DNA of 64,000 bases. Source: Candidatus Latescibacterota bacterium. Its GTDB lineage: Bacteria; Latescibacterota; UBA2968; UBA8231. Below are positions 50,901 through 61,053 of this stretch, piece by piece. The position numbers were made by a program, and so were the translations under genes. Within the stretch, counting starts at the first letter, position 1. Each line of letters begins with the position of its first letter. The notes under the pieces are model-generated. The model did not search any database, was not told the DNA's origin, and was given only the letters and a program-made list of their open reading frames with translations. The stretch lies in the NCBI GenBank assembly GCA_965197905.1, contig CBDAOB010000005.1, positions 1,952,001 through 2,016,000 of the forward strand, in the 5' to 3' direction.

Positions 50901-53507
50901 AGGCGTTTCATCATGGCCTGGATCTCGGCCAGGGTGAAAAAGTGAATGTGGGTGCGATCCAGCAGACCCTCGTCCCGGTATTGCCAGCGGCCGTTCACCA
51001 AGAGGTCAAGCAATACGGACTGATGCCGGATATTGGGGATGCTGCACACCAATGAACCGCCGGGCTTCAGGTACGGAAGCAGCTTGTTTACCGCCGCTTC
51101 CGGATCGCGGAGGTGCTCGAGAATATCACCGCAGGTGATACAATCGAAGAATTCCACCGGGTATGGCAGCGTTTCTATCTCGTCCATATCGGCGCCGATG
51201 ACCGCGTCGAGATTCGAGCGTGCTTGGTTGGAAGCCCGCGTCTCCTTTTCGATGCCCACGACCTCTACGCCAGGCCGCTCGCTCTTGAGCAAGCGGCCCA
51301 TTTCTCCGGCAGCGCACCCCACGTCCAGGATGTGAATGGCATGGGGAGGAATCAACGCGATGATCTCCGGCCGCTGGTTCTGATAGTAGGCGGGTAGCTC
51401 GGGCTGATTCGCCGGGCCGGCTTCCGTCGCTCTCCTTGCTGGCGCCGGTGAACCGGCAACGCAGGAGGCGACCGAGTGGGGCCCGAATATCTGGGCGAGA
51501 AGCTGGTCCGCTCGGTGGCCATAGGTATGGTGGGCGAGCACTTCGGTGCGGCCGCGCTCGGCTATCTCTTCCCGCTCATCCTCGTTCTTCAGGTAGTAGG
51601 CAACCAACTCCTCCAGATCCGCGTCCTCGTAGAGCACCAGATGGCGTCGGTCTTGGAACAGCTCTTCCAGTCCAGCCGCATTGGGAAGACGGTCGGTTAT
51701 CAGCAAGCTGCCGCAGGCCATCGCCTCGAAAACCCGCATGTTTAGATCGCCGTTCAGACTGCGATTGAACACCAACTTGCCGCGGGAGAACAACAGGGCC
51801 ATCTCCTCCAGTATCTTGCTGTCGACGCGGAGGTCGAACCCCGCTTCTTCCAAGCGCTCGAGCAGCCGAACCCGATCCTTGTGCCATGCCGGCATGGTTT
51901 GCCCCACAAAGACCACGTCGTACGCCTTTGGCACGTCGAAGGTGCGGTGAATCTCGGGTTCGCAGGCGGCGGGCAGCCATCCGGCGTTACAACCGGCGGC
52001 GGTGAGCCGCGCCACGTGATCGCGATTGAACATTACGAACGCGTGTTGGAACTGACGCGCATACTCGACGCGCCAGTTGCTTTGACCCGTGTGCAGATCA
52101 CCAATCAAACAGGCGGTGGCACAGCCGAAATCCTCGGGATTGGTTATCTGGAATTCCGGCCCGGAATCGATCCAGACGACAAGGTCCGGTTTCCACTCGG
52201 AAGGTAGCGCCGCCATGACTTCCGCTGCCGAAACCTTGCCCCATGGCAGAGGGACATCGCAATTCCGCGCGAGTCGCAACAACAAACCCATCTTGTCGGC
52301 ATCTCCGGCTCCGGTTGGTTTGAACGCGTGTTGATCCTCCCATTGTTTCCACTGACCCATCGTTCTTTCGTCGACCTTGGGTCCGCAGGTAAGCAGGTCG
52401 TGAGAGCGTCGCAATGCCCGTTCGTAGTAGGCGGACGTGGTCAGCGGATTGGACGGTGCCGCCAGCAGAATTTTGAGTCGTTTGCCAGCGGCGACAGGTT
52501 GGCTCAATTCCGCCGGCTTGGCGCAGGCCGAGGCGCCGCCCGCAACGCACTGTTGAAAAATTTCGTTCCATTGGGTGGCGCAGCGCTCGATATGGAACCG
52601 TTCTTCCACCGTTCGACGCCCATTCCGCCCCAGCTCCTCCGCCGCCGCCCGGTCGCTCAAGAGAAACTGAATCTTCTGTCGCAGATACTCCAGGTCCTCG
52701 GAAACGAATCCATTGAACCCATCGATGATGGGAGAAGAACTGTTGGCGATGGACACCACCGGCATCCCCGTCGCCATCGCTTCCAGCAGAGCAAGGTTGT
52801 ACCCGTCTTCGTGTCGATCGGTAAGGGTGTTCAACAGCAACCGGTGTTGGCGGAATTGATTCTTGAGATCGTCCCATGACTGCGACGGCCTCGAGGCCGG
52901 AATAGAGGGATTGACCCCTACAAATTGAGGAGGGAAAGCGATCCCCGAGAATCTCCTCCTGAATACCGAAACCCTGCATGTGATCGCGCTCTTTCAGCAT
53001 GTTGCCGACGCGCAGAACCCGTTGCAGTTGGCCGTTGAAGTCGCCGTAATCGTCAGGATCTATGCCGGAGACCACGACCGGCGCATCCCATCCCCAGTCT
53101 GCCCTCTTCTTCTCGGAGATAAAAGCAATGTCTATCTCTTTGAAGAGCGGTCTCAAGCCCTCGACGTACTCCTCCTTACGAGCTCCTTCGAGGCCGACGT
53201 CGGTGCCGATCATGTTGAGCATCACGAACAGGCGGGGCAAACTGAGATCTTGCACCGCCTGCACGTCTTGCAGCGTCATGCAGATCAGCAGATCGAACCT
53301 GCCATCGCGCAATCCGGCTTCGGCCTGCTCGGAGGTTGCCTCGGCAACGTTCTCCGGCAGCGGCCTGAAGCCGTGATTCCAGGTTTTTTGTGGATGCTGT
53401 TTGGGCGGGGCTACAAAAAAGGAATGGCCCGTGTGGGCGAAGAGACAGATATATGGCTCGTGCCAGTTGTACACGAGCACGTTGAGCTTTGGTAGGGGAG
53501 TCTGCAT
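47927..53507 (-). pseudogene. Multi-domain glycosyltransferase (GT4 - CgeB-like GT - SAM methyltransferase - GT2 - GT4 - TPR), frameshifted
   Basis: LLEAMATGMP; LNMRVFEAMACG; LDVGCAAG..DILEH; IVMPVYN..VVDNASTD..FLNND; RKGID..EGFGLPVAEAMAC; TPRs. There is an extra base near 52923 and an out-of-frame patch at about 48795-49015. Confidence 0.85.
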
Positions 53508-53581
53508 CGATCTCGGGAGCTTCTTTGGGTTAGTGGGGACATGTCGCGCCAGGAACCGTGGGGTCAATCCGTCCGGAGTGG

Positions 53582-53821
53582 CTACTTCCCTTTTTTCCCT
53601 TTCCACACCTGACTCAGAGCCTGCAGCTCTTCCCGTCCGCCCTTGACCGCACGCTCGTTCTCTTCCTTTATGCGCTCGTACACCTCGCCACGATGGACCG
53701 AGATGTCGGATGGAGCTTCAATCCCAAGCCGAATCTGCCTGCCCTGAACTTCCAATACGGTGATGCGAATATCACTGCCGACGACAATGCTTTCTCCGGC
53801 TTTTCGCGTTAATACGAGCAT
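53582..53821 (-). CDS. csrA: Carbon storage regulator CsrA
   Basis: [19 protein letters not shown] and VHRGEVY, with a C-terminal helical extension. Confidence 0.98.
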   Translation of the reverse strand: MLVLTRKAGESIVVGSDIRITVLEVQGRQIRLGIEAPSDISVHRGEVYERIKEENERAVKGGREELQALSQVWKGKKGK

Positions 53822-53872
53822 AATGATCTTCCCTGATGATAAGCTTCCGCCGTGCGGAGCTAATGGTTCCGG

Positions 53873-54325
53873 TTACTGTTTTCCCGCTGCGAGAATCGAA
53901 TGTTTTGTGTTGTATTCGTCATCGACCAGTATCATTTGCTTCGCAACCATTGTGGTGGTGTTGATGCAAATGGGACCCTTCAGATTGGCGGTAACATCCT
54001 CTGGAATCTTGCTCAACGTCACGATGCAATAGATGGCCAGATTCTCGACACTGTCGATGCCAAGCCCTTCGAACTCTTCTTCGCCGACGTTCGGCTCGTA
54101 CTCCGGCCATACCAGGACCGGGTTGACGAGCACGAAACCGAGGTTCGGTTCGTCGACGCAAAGCAATCGCAGAAAAGGGGTTTCTTCCTCCACTTCGAAA
54201 AGACCGAACCGAGTGAATCGCTCAAATCCGGGCAACCCGTGAGGAAATGTGACGACATTGCTCTTGTCCACGGTCACGTCGCCAAATTTGGCGCTTTGAA
54301 AACTTACTTTGTCATTTTCGCTCAT
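53873..54325 (-). CDS. fliW: Flagellar assembly factor FliW
   Basis: FPHGLPGFE and TANLKGPICIN. Confidence 0.95.
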   Translation of the reverse strand: MSENDKVSFQSAKFGDVTVDKSNVVTFPHGLPGFERFTRFGLFEVEEETPFLRLLCVDEPNLGFVLVNPVLVWPEYEPNVGEEEFEGLGIDSVENLAIYCIVTLSKIPEDVTANLKGPICINTTTMVAKQMILVDDEYNTKHSILAAGKQ

Positions 54326-54428
54326 CTAGTACTTCCCTCGCAGTCACGACGGTTCATGCTCGCCACTCAAAATAGATGCGGTGTCTGGTTGCCGTCATTG
54401 AGAAAACCGTGGGTGAAGGGGAGAGAAA

Positions 54429-55328
54429 TTAGATGAAATCCATCAGGGACTGGGGAATCACAACATTGCCGGAGGCCAAAGCGGCCTGAAACACATCCTG
54501 CTCCTGTTGCAGGTTTACTATCGTGGAGGTGAGGTCCACGTCTTCGTCTGCGGAAAGAATGGTGGTCATCTCCACCGATATGCGATCGAGAACGTTTCGC
54601 GTGATCTCCATGCGATTCACCCGCGCGCCGATCAAGCCGCGTACGGACGAAATGCGTTCGCGCATTTCCGCCAGCCCACTCAATGTATTCCGGACTTCGT
54701 CAGCGGAATTGTCACGCAACGCATCCCGAAGTTCGATGAGGGCAGAAAAGGCGTTGACATTGCCTTCAAACAACTCGTTCCCGGGGATATTCACTTGCAT
54801 GACGATACCGTCTGAAATCTCCCGCTCGATACTCCCATCCGTCTTCCCCCGCGGCTTGACGTCCGTGATGACACCGTTCACCCTGTTTGGCACGTAGGGG
54901 ATATCTGACGTCTGGGTGCCTGCAAAGATATAACGGCCACGATATCTGGACTCGCTGAGACTCTGAACGTGCTCGAGCAACTGATCGACCTGGTCCGCGA
55001 TCGCGTTGCGTTGATCTGCGTTGAAGGTGCTCGTCGCACCCTGAACCGCGAGGCCGCGAACCTGTACGAACAGCGCCTCCATTTCGTTGAGCGTCGCCTC
55101 GGATAGCTCGAGCCAACCAATTCCGTCACTGATGTTCTTGTGAAACTGCTCCACGTTGCGCAATTCGCCGCGTAGAGCCAGAGAGCGTTCTATGGCAGCG
55201 GGGTCGTCGGAGAGAGAGTTCAAACGCGTGCCGGAAGAAAGCTCGTTCTGAAATCGAACGATGCGTTCGTAGGATCGATCGAGGTTGTTGACCAGTGTGC
55301 CAACGGCCATTCTCGTCGTAATCCGCAT
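54429..55328 (-). CDS. flgL: Hook-associated protein FlgL
   Basis: LSSG..SDDP, GRYIFAG and SLMDFI. Confidence 0.95.
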   Translation of the reverse strand: MRITTRMAVGTLVNNLDRSYERIVRFQNELSSGTRLNSLSDDPAAIERSLALRGELRNVEQFHKNISDGIGWLELSEATLNEMEALFVQVRGLAVQGATSTFNADQRNAIADQVDQLLEHVQSLSESRYRGRYIFAGTQTSDIPYVPNRVNGVITDVKPRGKTDGSIEREISDGIVMQVNIPGNELFEGNVNAFSALIELRDALRDNSADEVRNTLSGLAEMRERISSVRGLIGARVNRMEITRNVLDRISVEMTTILSADEDVDLTSTIVNLQQEQDVFQAALASGNVVIPQSLMDFI

Positions 55329-55416
55329 ACTAGTCTCTCCTTGTGGAGACGCACCAAATATAGTGGGGGCGTATTTTTATGTCCATCACTAATCCCTTGT
55401 CGCCGTTCACTATGGC

Positions 55417-56820
55417 TCAGATGTTTATGGTGATTTCCATAAGATCATCGATGATCGAAACGGTACGCGCCGCCGCCTGATAAGCCCGCTGAAAGAGCAC
55501 CAGCTGCGCAGCCTCGTCATTCAGGGAAACCCCCTGCACACTCTGCCTGCGGTTCTCGATCTGACTTGAAAACAGGCGATGGTTCGAAGCCATGGTCTGC
55601 GCTTCCTTGCTGCGCGCGCCAACCTCGCCGATAAGCTCATAGTAGAATCCCTCAACCGTGACCGACCCCCCTGCCAGTATCTTCTCGTTGCGGAGGGCAC
55701 TTATGGCCAGGGCGGCGCCGTTGTCTCCAGAGTTCCCGTCACCCGACGCCGCGATATTGTCGAGATCGCTGCGTATGGCATCGTCCAGCACAATATTGCT
55801 GGCGCTGGTCATGTTGGCGTTGAAGAAATCGACGCCGGCGGTGCCATCGCGCCCGAATCCAGCACTGTGCCGTGCGTTGACCTCTACCACCATCGCCGCA
55901 ACCATGTCGTCCAGCCGCGCCACGATGCCAGGCACAACGTCATCGCGGACATCGATAATGCCGCGCAACCGACCTTCTCGAATGGAAGCGAGACTGCCGT
56001 CGTCCGAAAACGATATCCGCGCAGAGGTGATCCCGCCCCGACTTAGCTGCCTTGTTTCGAGGTGCACCGACTTCGCCCCCTCTACGAGATTGTGTCCGCT
56101 CAGCAGCACGGAGACCTGACCGTTTTCTCTCTCCACGGTCGAAATGTCCACCCGCAGCGAAAGATCTTCGAGAAGGCGATCTCGTTGATCCTCCAGGTCG
56201 CCTGCGTCATCGGTGCCAAATCGGGCTTGAGGAATCTCGCCATTCAGCTCGGCCAACTGATCGAGAATGTCGTTAATCTCAACCACCTCCTGCACTACCT
56301 CCGCGTCCAGCTCGAGGCGGGCATCGCGAAGCTGCGCGTGATATTGGTGCAGCGTCGTGGACAGAAACTCCGCCTCCTGCCTGAGCGCGGCACGTGCAGC
56401 ACCACTCTCCGGAACGTTGGCCAGATCCTGCCACGCGTTCCAAAAACGACTCAGCGAGCCGCTCAGGCCTACTCCGGACGGTTCATTGAAAATCGTTCCG
56501 GCTTCGCTGGATCCAGCGCCTGCAGGTTCGTTGAAGATGGCCTCCAGCCCGCCCAAAGCCCGCTCCATCGCCTCCCAACGCCCCAATAGCTGCTGCTCAA
56601 CACGGATCTGAGAGTCGAGAAACTGGCTGCGCTGGCGCACGACGCTCGACACATCCACACCCGTGCCATTGCGCGCATTCTCCAGATTGACCTGGCGACG
56701 AGAGTATCCGGGCGTGTTGACATTGGCGATGTTGTGCCCAGTGACATTCAGCGCTGCCTGCTGCGATTGCAGCGCACGCCTACCAATCTCAAGGCCCTGA
56801 TTAATTGCGGACACCGGCAT
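55417..56820 (-). CDS. flgK: Hook-associated protein FlgK
   Basis: GHNIANVNTPGYSRR, LEDQRD, GVSLNDEA and FQRAYQAAAR. Confidence 0.96.
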   Translation of the reverse strand: MPVSAINQGLEIGRRALQSQQAALNVTGHNIANVNTPGYSRRQVNLENARNGTGVDVSSVVRQRSQFLDSQIRVEQQLLGRWEAMERALGGLEAIFNEPAGAGSSEAGTIFNEPSGVGLSGSLSRFWNAWQDLANVPESGAARAALRQEAEFLSTTLHQYHAQLRDARLELDAEVVQEVVEINDILDQLAELNGEIPQARFGTDDAGDLEDQRDRLLEDLSLRVDISTVERENGQVSVLLSGHNLVEGAKSVHLETRQLSRGGITSARISFSDDGSLASIREGRLRGIIDVRDDVVPGIVARLDDMVAAMVVEVNARHSAGFGRDGTAGVDFFNANMTSASNIVLDDAIRSDLDNIAASGDGNSGDNGAALAISALRNEKILAGGSVTVEGFYYELIGEVGARSKEAQTMASNHRLFSSQIENRRQSVQGVSLNDEAAQLVLFQRAYQAAARTVSIIDDLMEITINI

Positions 56821-56835
56821 TCCTCGCCCTCACCT

Positions 56836-57339
56836 TCATCCGGTCTGATTCAATACGGATCGCCGCGAATCGCGACCCCTGGCACGTCCCGAATGGCCGT
56901 ACATACCACGGGCTATCGGTTGACCCGCCAGAATATCGAGACAGCGTTCGGTGTAACGCATCGATTGCCTGATGAGGAATGCGTTGTTGTCGTTGGTCTC
57001 GCGGATCCGCTGATTGAGCTCCAACACCGTGGCGCGCATGCGTGCCAGTTCGTCGCTGTGGGGACCTTCGAGCGCCTCCATCAGTTTGGCAAGGGTCACA
57101 CGGTCCTCGCCCAGATCCAGCTCCTCGGACAGCTCTGCAATCAGCTGAATGCGCTTCGCTTCCAGTTCTTGTGCCTGGAAAGCCAGACCTTCCTGCGCAG
57201 CAACGCTGCGTTCGATCGCCTGCATGTCGTCGTCGACGATCGCTTCCTGTTCCTCATGGAGCAGTTGCAACAGTTGGTGAAAGGTCCGTATCTCGCCGTT
57301 TATCAGGGCGATCAGTTTCACCACAAGTGAATTATTCAT
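56836..57339 (-). CDS. flgN: Export chaperone FlgN
   Basis: EEQEAIV, N..N..LI..S and Y..G; directly upstream of flgK. Confidence 0.85.
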   Translation of the reverse strand: MNNSLVVKLIALINGEIRTFHQLLQLLHEEQEAIVDDDMQAIERSVAAQEGLAFQAQELEAKRIQLIAELSEELDLGEDRVTLAKLMEALEGPHSDELARMRATVLELNQRIRETNDNNAFLIRQSMRYTERCLDILAGQPIARGMYGHSGRARGRDSRRSVLNQTG

Positions 57340-57808
57340 GATCCTTTTTGCTCAGTTTCAGTGAGGGTACGTCGGGCCCAAAGAACTGTAGCGCTTTGGC
57401 CGGACCACCCTCGATCTTGTCGTTTTGTTCCGGACCGGATTCTTCCAATCCGTACTGCCGGCTAAGTTGCCGATAGAGCATCGCACTAATGCTATTGGGC
57501 CCGCTCTTCGCAGCGAGCTTCTTCGCCCACTCCTCGTCCAGCATCGATTCGAAAATCTGTTCCCCGTTGCTCTTTTCTATGAGACCACCGCTGGTAATAG
57601 TCTTGCGCATCGCTTCCAGCATCTGAAAGACAAACACTGACTCCAGATCTTCCGACGCATCTTTCAGCGCCGCGCGTTGCTCCGCCGGAGTGCGAGCGGC
57701 GGCAATGGCATTCAGGCGCCCTCGCATCATTGCGTCCGGACGCTGCGCTCTGTTGCCGATTTCAATCGGCGCGTTGGTCAGTCCAAACTTCGCGGGATCC
57801 ATCTGCAA
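57332..57808 (-). CDS. flgJ: Rod-binding FlgJ (no muramidase domain)
   Basis: ESVFVFQMLEAMRKT, FESMLDEE and MLYRQL. Confidence 0.88.
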   Translation of the reverse strand: MQMDPAKFGLTNAPIEIGNRAQRPDAMMRGRLNAIAAARTPAEQRAALKDASEDLESVFVFQMLEAMRKTITSGGLIEKSNGEQIFESMLDEEWAKKLAAKSGPNSISAMLYRQLSRQYGLEESGPEQNDKIEGGPAKALQFFGPDVPSLKLSKKDHE

Positions 57809-57811
57809 TCC

Positions 57812-58930
57812 TTATTTGATGATCAGTTCCGCCCGCAACGCCCCAGCTGTTTTCAGAGACTGCAGGATGGCGATGAGATCCCTTGGTGTTACACCCAAGG
57901 CGTTGAGGTTGCGCACCAGTTCGCGAACCGTCGGCATTGCACCTACGTCGAAGGAGCTGATGATCGGATGAAGGCGGTCGGGCTCTTCGACAACCTCGGC
58001 CTCCCCACCGAAAACGTCGCCACCGGTGTCGCCGGCTATCTTCAGCTTCAGGCTTCCGTGAGACAGGGCCACAGCAGATACGGAAACATTCTCGCCAATA
58101 ATGACCGTGCCGGTCTTTTCGTTCACGACGACACGCGCCGGCAGGTCCGGGATTACCCGCACCTTTTCCAGGTCCGCTATGTATTCCACCAGTTGGTGCC
58201 GCTCGCCGCGCTCGGGGGGAATTCGCACTTGAATCGTGGATGGGTCCACTGCGGTCGCCAGGTTCGCTTCGCCGAAGAAGGTGTCGATTGCAAAAGCCGC
58301 GCGGGACGCTGTAGTCCAATCCTCTTGATACAGAACGACCATAACATCCTCGTCGAGCTGCTGCAGTCGCTCCGGCTCCTTGATTACAATGCCTCCGGCT
58401 GGCACATTCCCCGCCACGGCATGGTTCTTTTGCACCGTTCCGGGCCCTCCTCCACCGAGGTTGAATCCCCCGATCGAAACCGGACCCTGTGCGGTGACGT
58501 AGACCTCGCCATCAGGACCGGTGAGGTTTGTGCGCAACAAAGTGCCTCCCTGAAGCGAACTTGCGTCACCGAGCGAGGCGATATGCACGTCGATGGTGGT
58601 GCCTTCGCGGACGAACGGCGGCAGGTTCGCCGTTACCGACACACCCGCCACGTTGCGCACCCTGACCTGTTCGGGACTTACGGCCAACTTCATGTGGTGC
58701 ATCATGTTCGCCATCATCTGAAACGTGAACTCCGCTCTGCGCCCATCCCCCGTTCCTTCCAGACCGATGATCAGACCGACTCCAGTCAGCTGGATGTCCT
58801 GACCCATGCGAATGTGGCCCAGATCCTTGATGCGCACCGCGTTTGAACCCCAGACGTCACCTGGCATGCCTGCTGAGATCGTCAGCAATGCGATTGCCAC
58901 TGTCAGGTGATGAGCGGTCATTCGGAGCAT
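57812..58930 (-). CDS. flgI: P-ring protein
   Basis: RIKD, GLEGTGD, SLQGGTL, VVNEKTGTV and ILQSLKTAGAL. Confidence 0.97.
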   Translation of the reverse strand: MLRMTAHHLTVAIALLTISAGMPGDVWGSNAVRIKDLGHIRMGQDIQLTGVGLIIGLEGTGDGRRAEFTFQMMANMMHHMKLAVSPEQVRVRNVAGVSVTANLPPFVREGTTIDVHIASLGDASSLQGGTLLRTNLTGPDGEVYVTAQGPVSIGGFNLGGGGPGTVQKNHAVAGNVPAGGIVIKEPERLQQLDEDVMVVLYQEDWTTASRAAFAIDTFFGEANLATAVDPSTIQVRIPPERGERHQLVEYIADLEKVRVIPDLPARVVVNEKTGTVIIGENVSVSAVALSHGSLKLKIAGDTGGDVFGGEAEVVEEPDRLHPIISSFDVGAMPTVRELVRNLNALGVTPRDLIAILQSLKTAGALRAELIIK

Positions 58931-58931
58931 A

Positions 58932-59510
58932 TCAAAAAATCCAATTGATGAACCTGACGATTACACCCGGTCGCGCCGCTTGAGTAATCGTTCCCTTGCC
59001 GGTGTACTCGACTTGGAGATCGGCGATGTTCGACGAGAGGATCGTGTTGTCTCGACGGATGGAAGCGGGGTTTACGGAACCGCTGAGATAGATCGCCTCT
59101 GTCTCGCCATTGATTTTTACCGTCCGCACCCCTTCCACGATCAGGTCGCCGTTCGGCTTGGTGCCAACCACGGTTACCGTAATTCGAGCGGTGAGTGTTG
59201 AGTTCCTGGAGGTCGATCCCTGGGCGTCGTATTCGGTTGAGGCATCGCTTTCCAGCTGATGCAGGGGAAGGAAGCCGAGAATGTTGCCGGCGCCTGGAAT
59301 CGTGCTGCCGATGTCGATTGTGTTTTCCTTGTCCGTGGAAGTCGCGGTTCGGTTGCTGGCCGAGGCGCTTTCCTGAATCAAGACCGTGAGGACATCGCCG
59401 ATTCGACGCGCCTTGGGGTCGGCAAACAGAGACATCGGCTGCGCTTGGGATCGGGCAACGGCTATAGCCAGGACAAGCGAAATCGATATGAAGAGTTTCG
59501 AGTAGCTCAC
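58932..59510 (-). CDS. flgH: L-ring protein
   Basis: LFADPKARRIGDVLTVLIQE, PNGDL.VEG, DNTILSSNIAD and PG..F; GTG start. Confidence 0.92.
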   Translation of the reverse strand: MSYSKLFISISLVLAIAVARSQAQPMSLFADPKARRIGDVLTVLIQESASASNRTATSTDKENTIDIGSTIPGAGNILGFLPLHQLESDASTEYDAQGSTSRNSTLTARITVTVVGTKPNGDLIVEGVRTVKINGETEAIYLSGSVNPASIRRDNTILSSNIADLQVEYTGKGTITQAARPGVIVRFINWIF

Positions 59511-59528
59511 GTTGCTTCCAGTTCTATG

Positions 59529-60224
59529 TTATAATCCCATGTTCACAGTGCCGTTATCCATCACCGTTCCCTGTACGATCCGACCAGAATCGCGATTGCG
59601 CACGCGAATGCGGCTGCCAACGCTTCCATCTTGAATCGCCACACCGCGGGCAGACACCCAAATACCCGAGCTTGCCGCCACCAGCTCTACCTCATCGCCA
59701 CGGAAGATCACGGGCACCTGTTCGACGTGGTCGGCGGACAGGACAGCACCCAGAGCCACCGGGCGTTTGGTGCGATCGCTGGAGAGCCCTTCGAAGCTGG
59801 TGAAGTACCCTCCCCTGACCGCGGTGATGTCGCGAATCGCCAGCTCGACCATCTCCTCGCTCAAGATTTCGTGGCGGCGAATGTTGCGCTTGGCCACCAG
59901 CACTTCCATGTTGAGGCGGGTGTCGACGGTAACTGCGATCGTTTTCTGGGTCTCTCCGTCACAGCGCAAAGCAGCCCGCACCATCGTTTGCCCGCGAAAC
60001 GGCCGGGAGGAGATCGAACGTACCTGGATCCCAACCGGACCATGGCAATCGAGGGCAACCTCACCCTGCCAGCGAACGCGCACATCCATCTCCACGCCGG
60101 GCTCGGCAGTGGTTTCGGAGTGGACGTATTCCTCAACGGCGCCGTGAATGGCGCCCTCCGATACGAGCTGGAATCCGGACGCGGTCTGTGCCGCGATGAG
60201 GACGAGAAGTATTCCGAGCTTCAA
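59529..60224 (-). CDS. flgA: P-ring assembly protein FlgA
   Basis: SAF-like domain, RGDEV and A.QDG.VG..IRVRN..SGR. Confidence 0.9.
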   Translation of the reverse strand: MKLGILLVLIAAQTASGFQLVSEGAIHGAVEEYVHSETTAEPGVEMDVRVRWQGEVALDCHGPVGIQVRSISSRPFRGQTMVRAALRCDGETQKTIAVTVDTRLNMEVLVAKRNIRRHEILSEEMVELAIRDITAVRGGYFTSFEGLSSDRTKRPVALGAVLSADHVEQVPVIFRGDEVELVAASSGIWVSARGVAIQDGSVGSRIRVRNRDSGRIVQGTVMDNGTVNMGL

Positions 60225-60239
60225 GCGGTATTCCCTAGC

Positions 60240-61028
60240 CTAACGTTTCAGGTTGTTGGCGTTGGAGAGCATCTCTTCTGAAGTCTGGATCGCTCTGGCG
60301 TTAATCTCGTACGCCCTCTGCGCCACAATCATGCTCACCATTTCGTCTACGACTTCGACGTTGGAAAGCTCCAGGAACCCTTGCGACAGCTTGCCGAATC
60401 CCTGATCGTCAGGTGCTCCGGAGACCGGGGTCCCGGAGGCCTGCGTCTCTAGGAAGAGGTTGCGGCCGATGCTCTTCAATCCCGCCGGATTTATGAAGCG
60501 GGCCAGTTCCAGCTGACCAACTCCCTGAACAGCGGCGCTCCCCGGAAGCTGCACGCCGATCTCACCGTTGGAGGCGATATTTATGGCCGTGGCGTCCTGG
60601 GGAATCGTGATCTGCGGTTCAAGGGAGTACCCGTCGGAGGTCACGATCGTTCCCTCCGCGGACAACTTGAGCGCACCATCCCTCGTGTAGGATACCGTGC
60701 CATCGGGCAGGGTAACCTGGAGAAACCCGTCTCCGTCGATGGATACATCCAGCGGATTGTTCGTCGGCGTCAAGGTGCCCTGCGAAAAGATCCTCTGTGT
60801 TGCCACCGGTCGGGTGCCATAGCCTATCTGCAATTCAACCGGGACCTGAGCCCCTTCGGCCTGGGTCGCGCCCGCGAGGCGCAGCTGTTGGTAGAGCAGA
60901 TCCTGGAACTCCAGCTTGCTCTTCTTGTATCCGGTCGTGTTCACATTCGCCAGATTGTTGGCGATGTTGTCCACGTTCATCTGCTGCGCTATCATGCCGG
61001 TTGCGGCGGTGTATAGTGCCCTGCTCAT
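60240..61028 (-). CDS. flgG: Distal rod protein
   Basis: ANNLANVNTTGYK, FQDLLYQ, YTRDG and LELSNVEVVDEM. Confidence 0.97.
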   Translation of the reverse strand: MSRALYTAATGMIAQQMNVDNIANNLANVNTTGYKKSKLEFQDLLYQQLRLAGATQAEGAQVPVELQIGYGTRPVATQRIFSQGTLTPTNNPLDVSIDGDGFLQVTLPDGTVSYTRDGALKLSAEGTIVTSDGYSLEPQITIPQDATAINIASNGEIGVQLPGSAAVQGVGQLELARFINPAGLKSIGRNLFLETQASGTPVSGAPDDQGFGKLSQGFLELSNVEVVDEMVSMIVAQRAYEINARAIQTSEEMLSNANNLKR

Positions 61029-61053
61029 TGGCTTGTAGCTCCTCTTTTAATCG

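Noticed and set aside
52098..52920. C-terminal half of the 502-aa ORF
   Set aside because: Out-of-frame read-through after the frameshift near 52923.
57677..58846. 389-aa plus-strand ORF and similar long overlapping ORFs
   Set aside because: Antisense to flgI or other confident genes, with no recognisable motifs.
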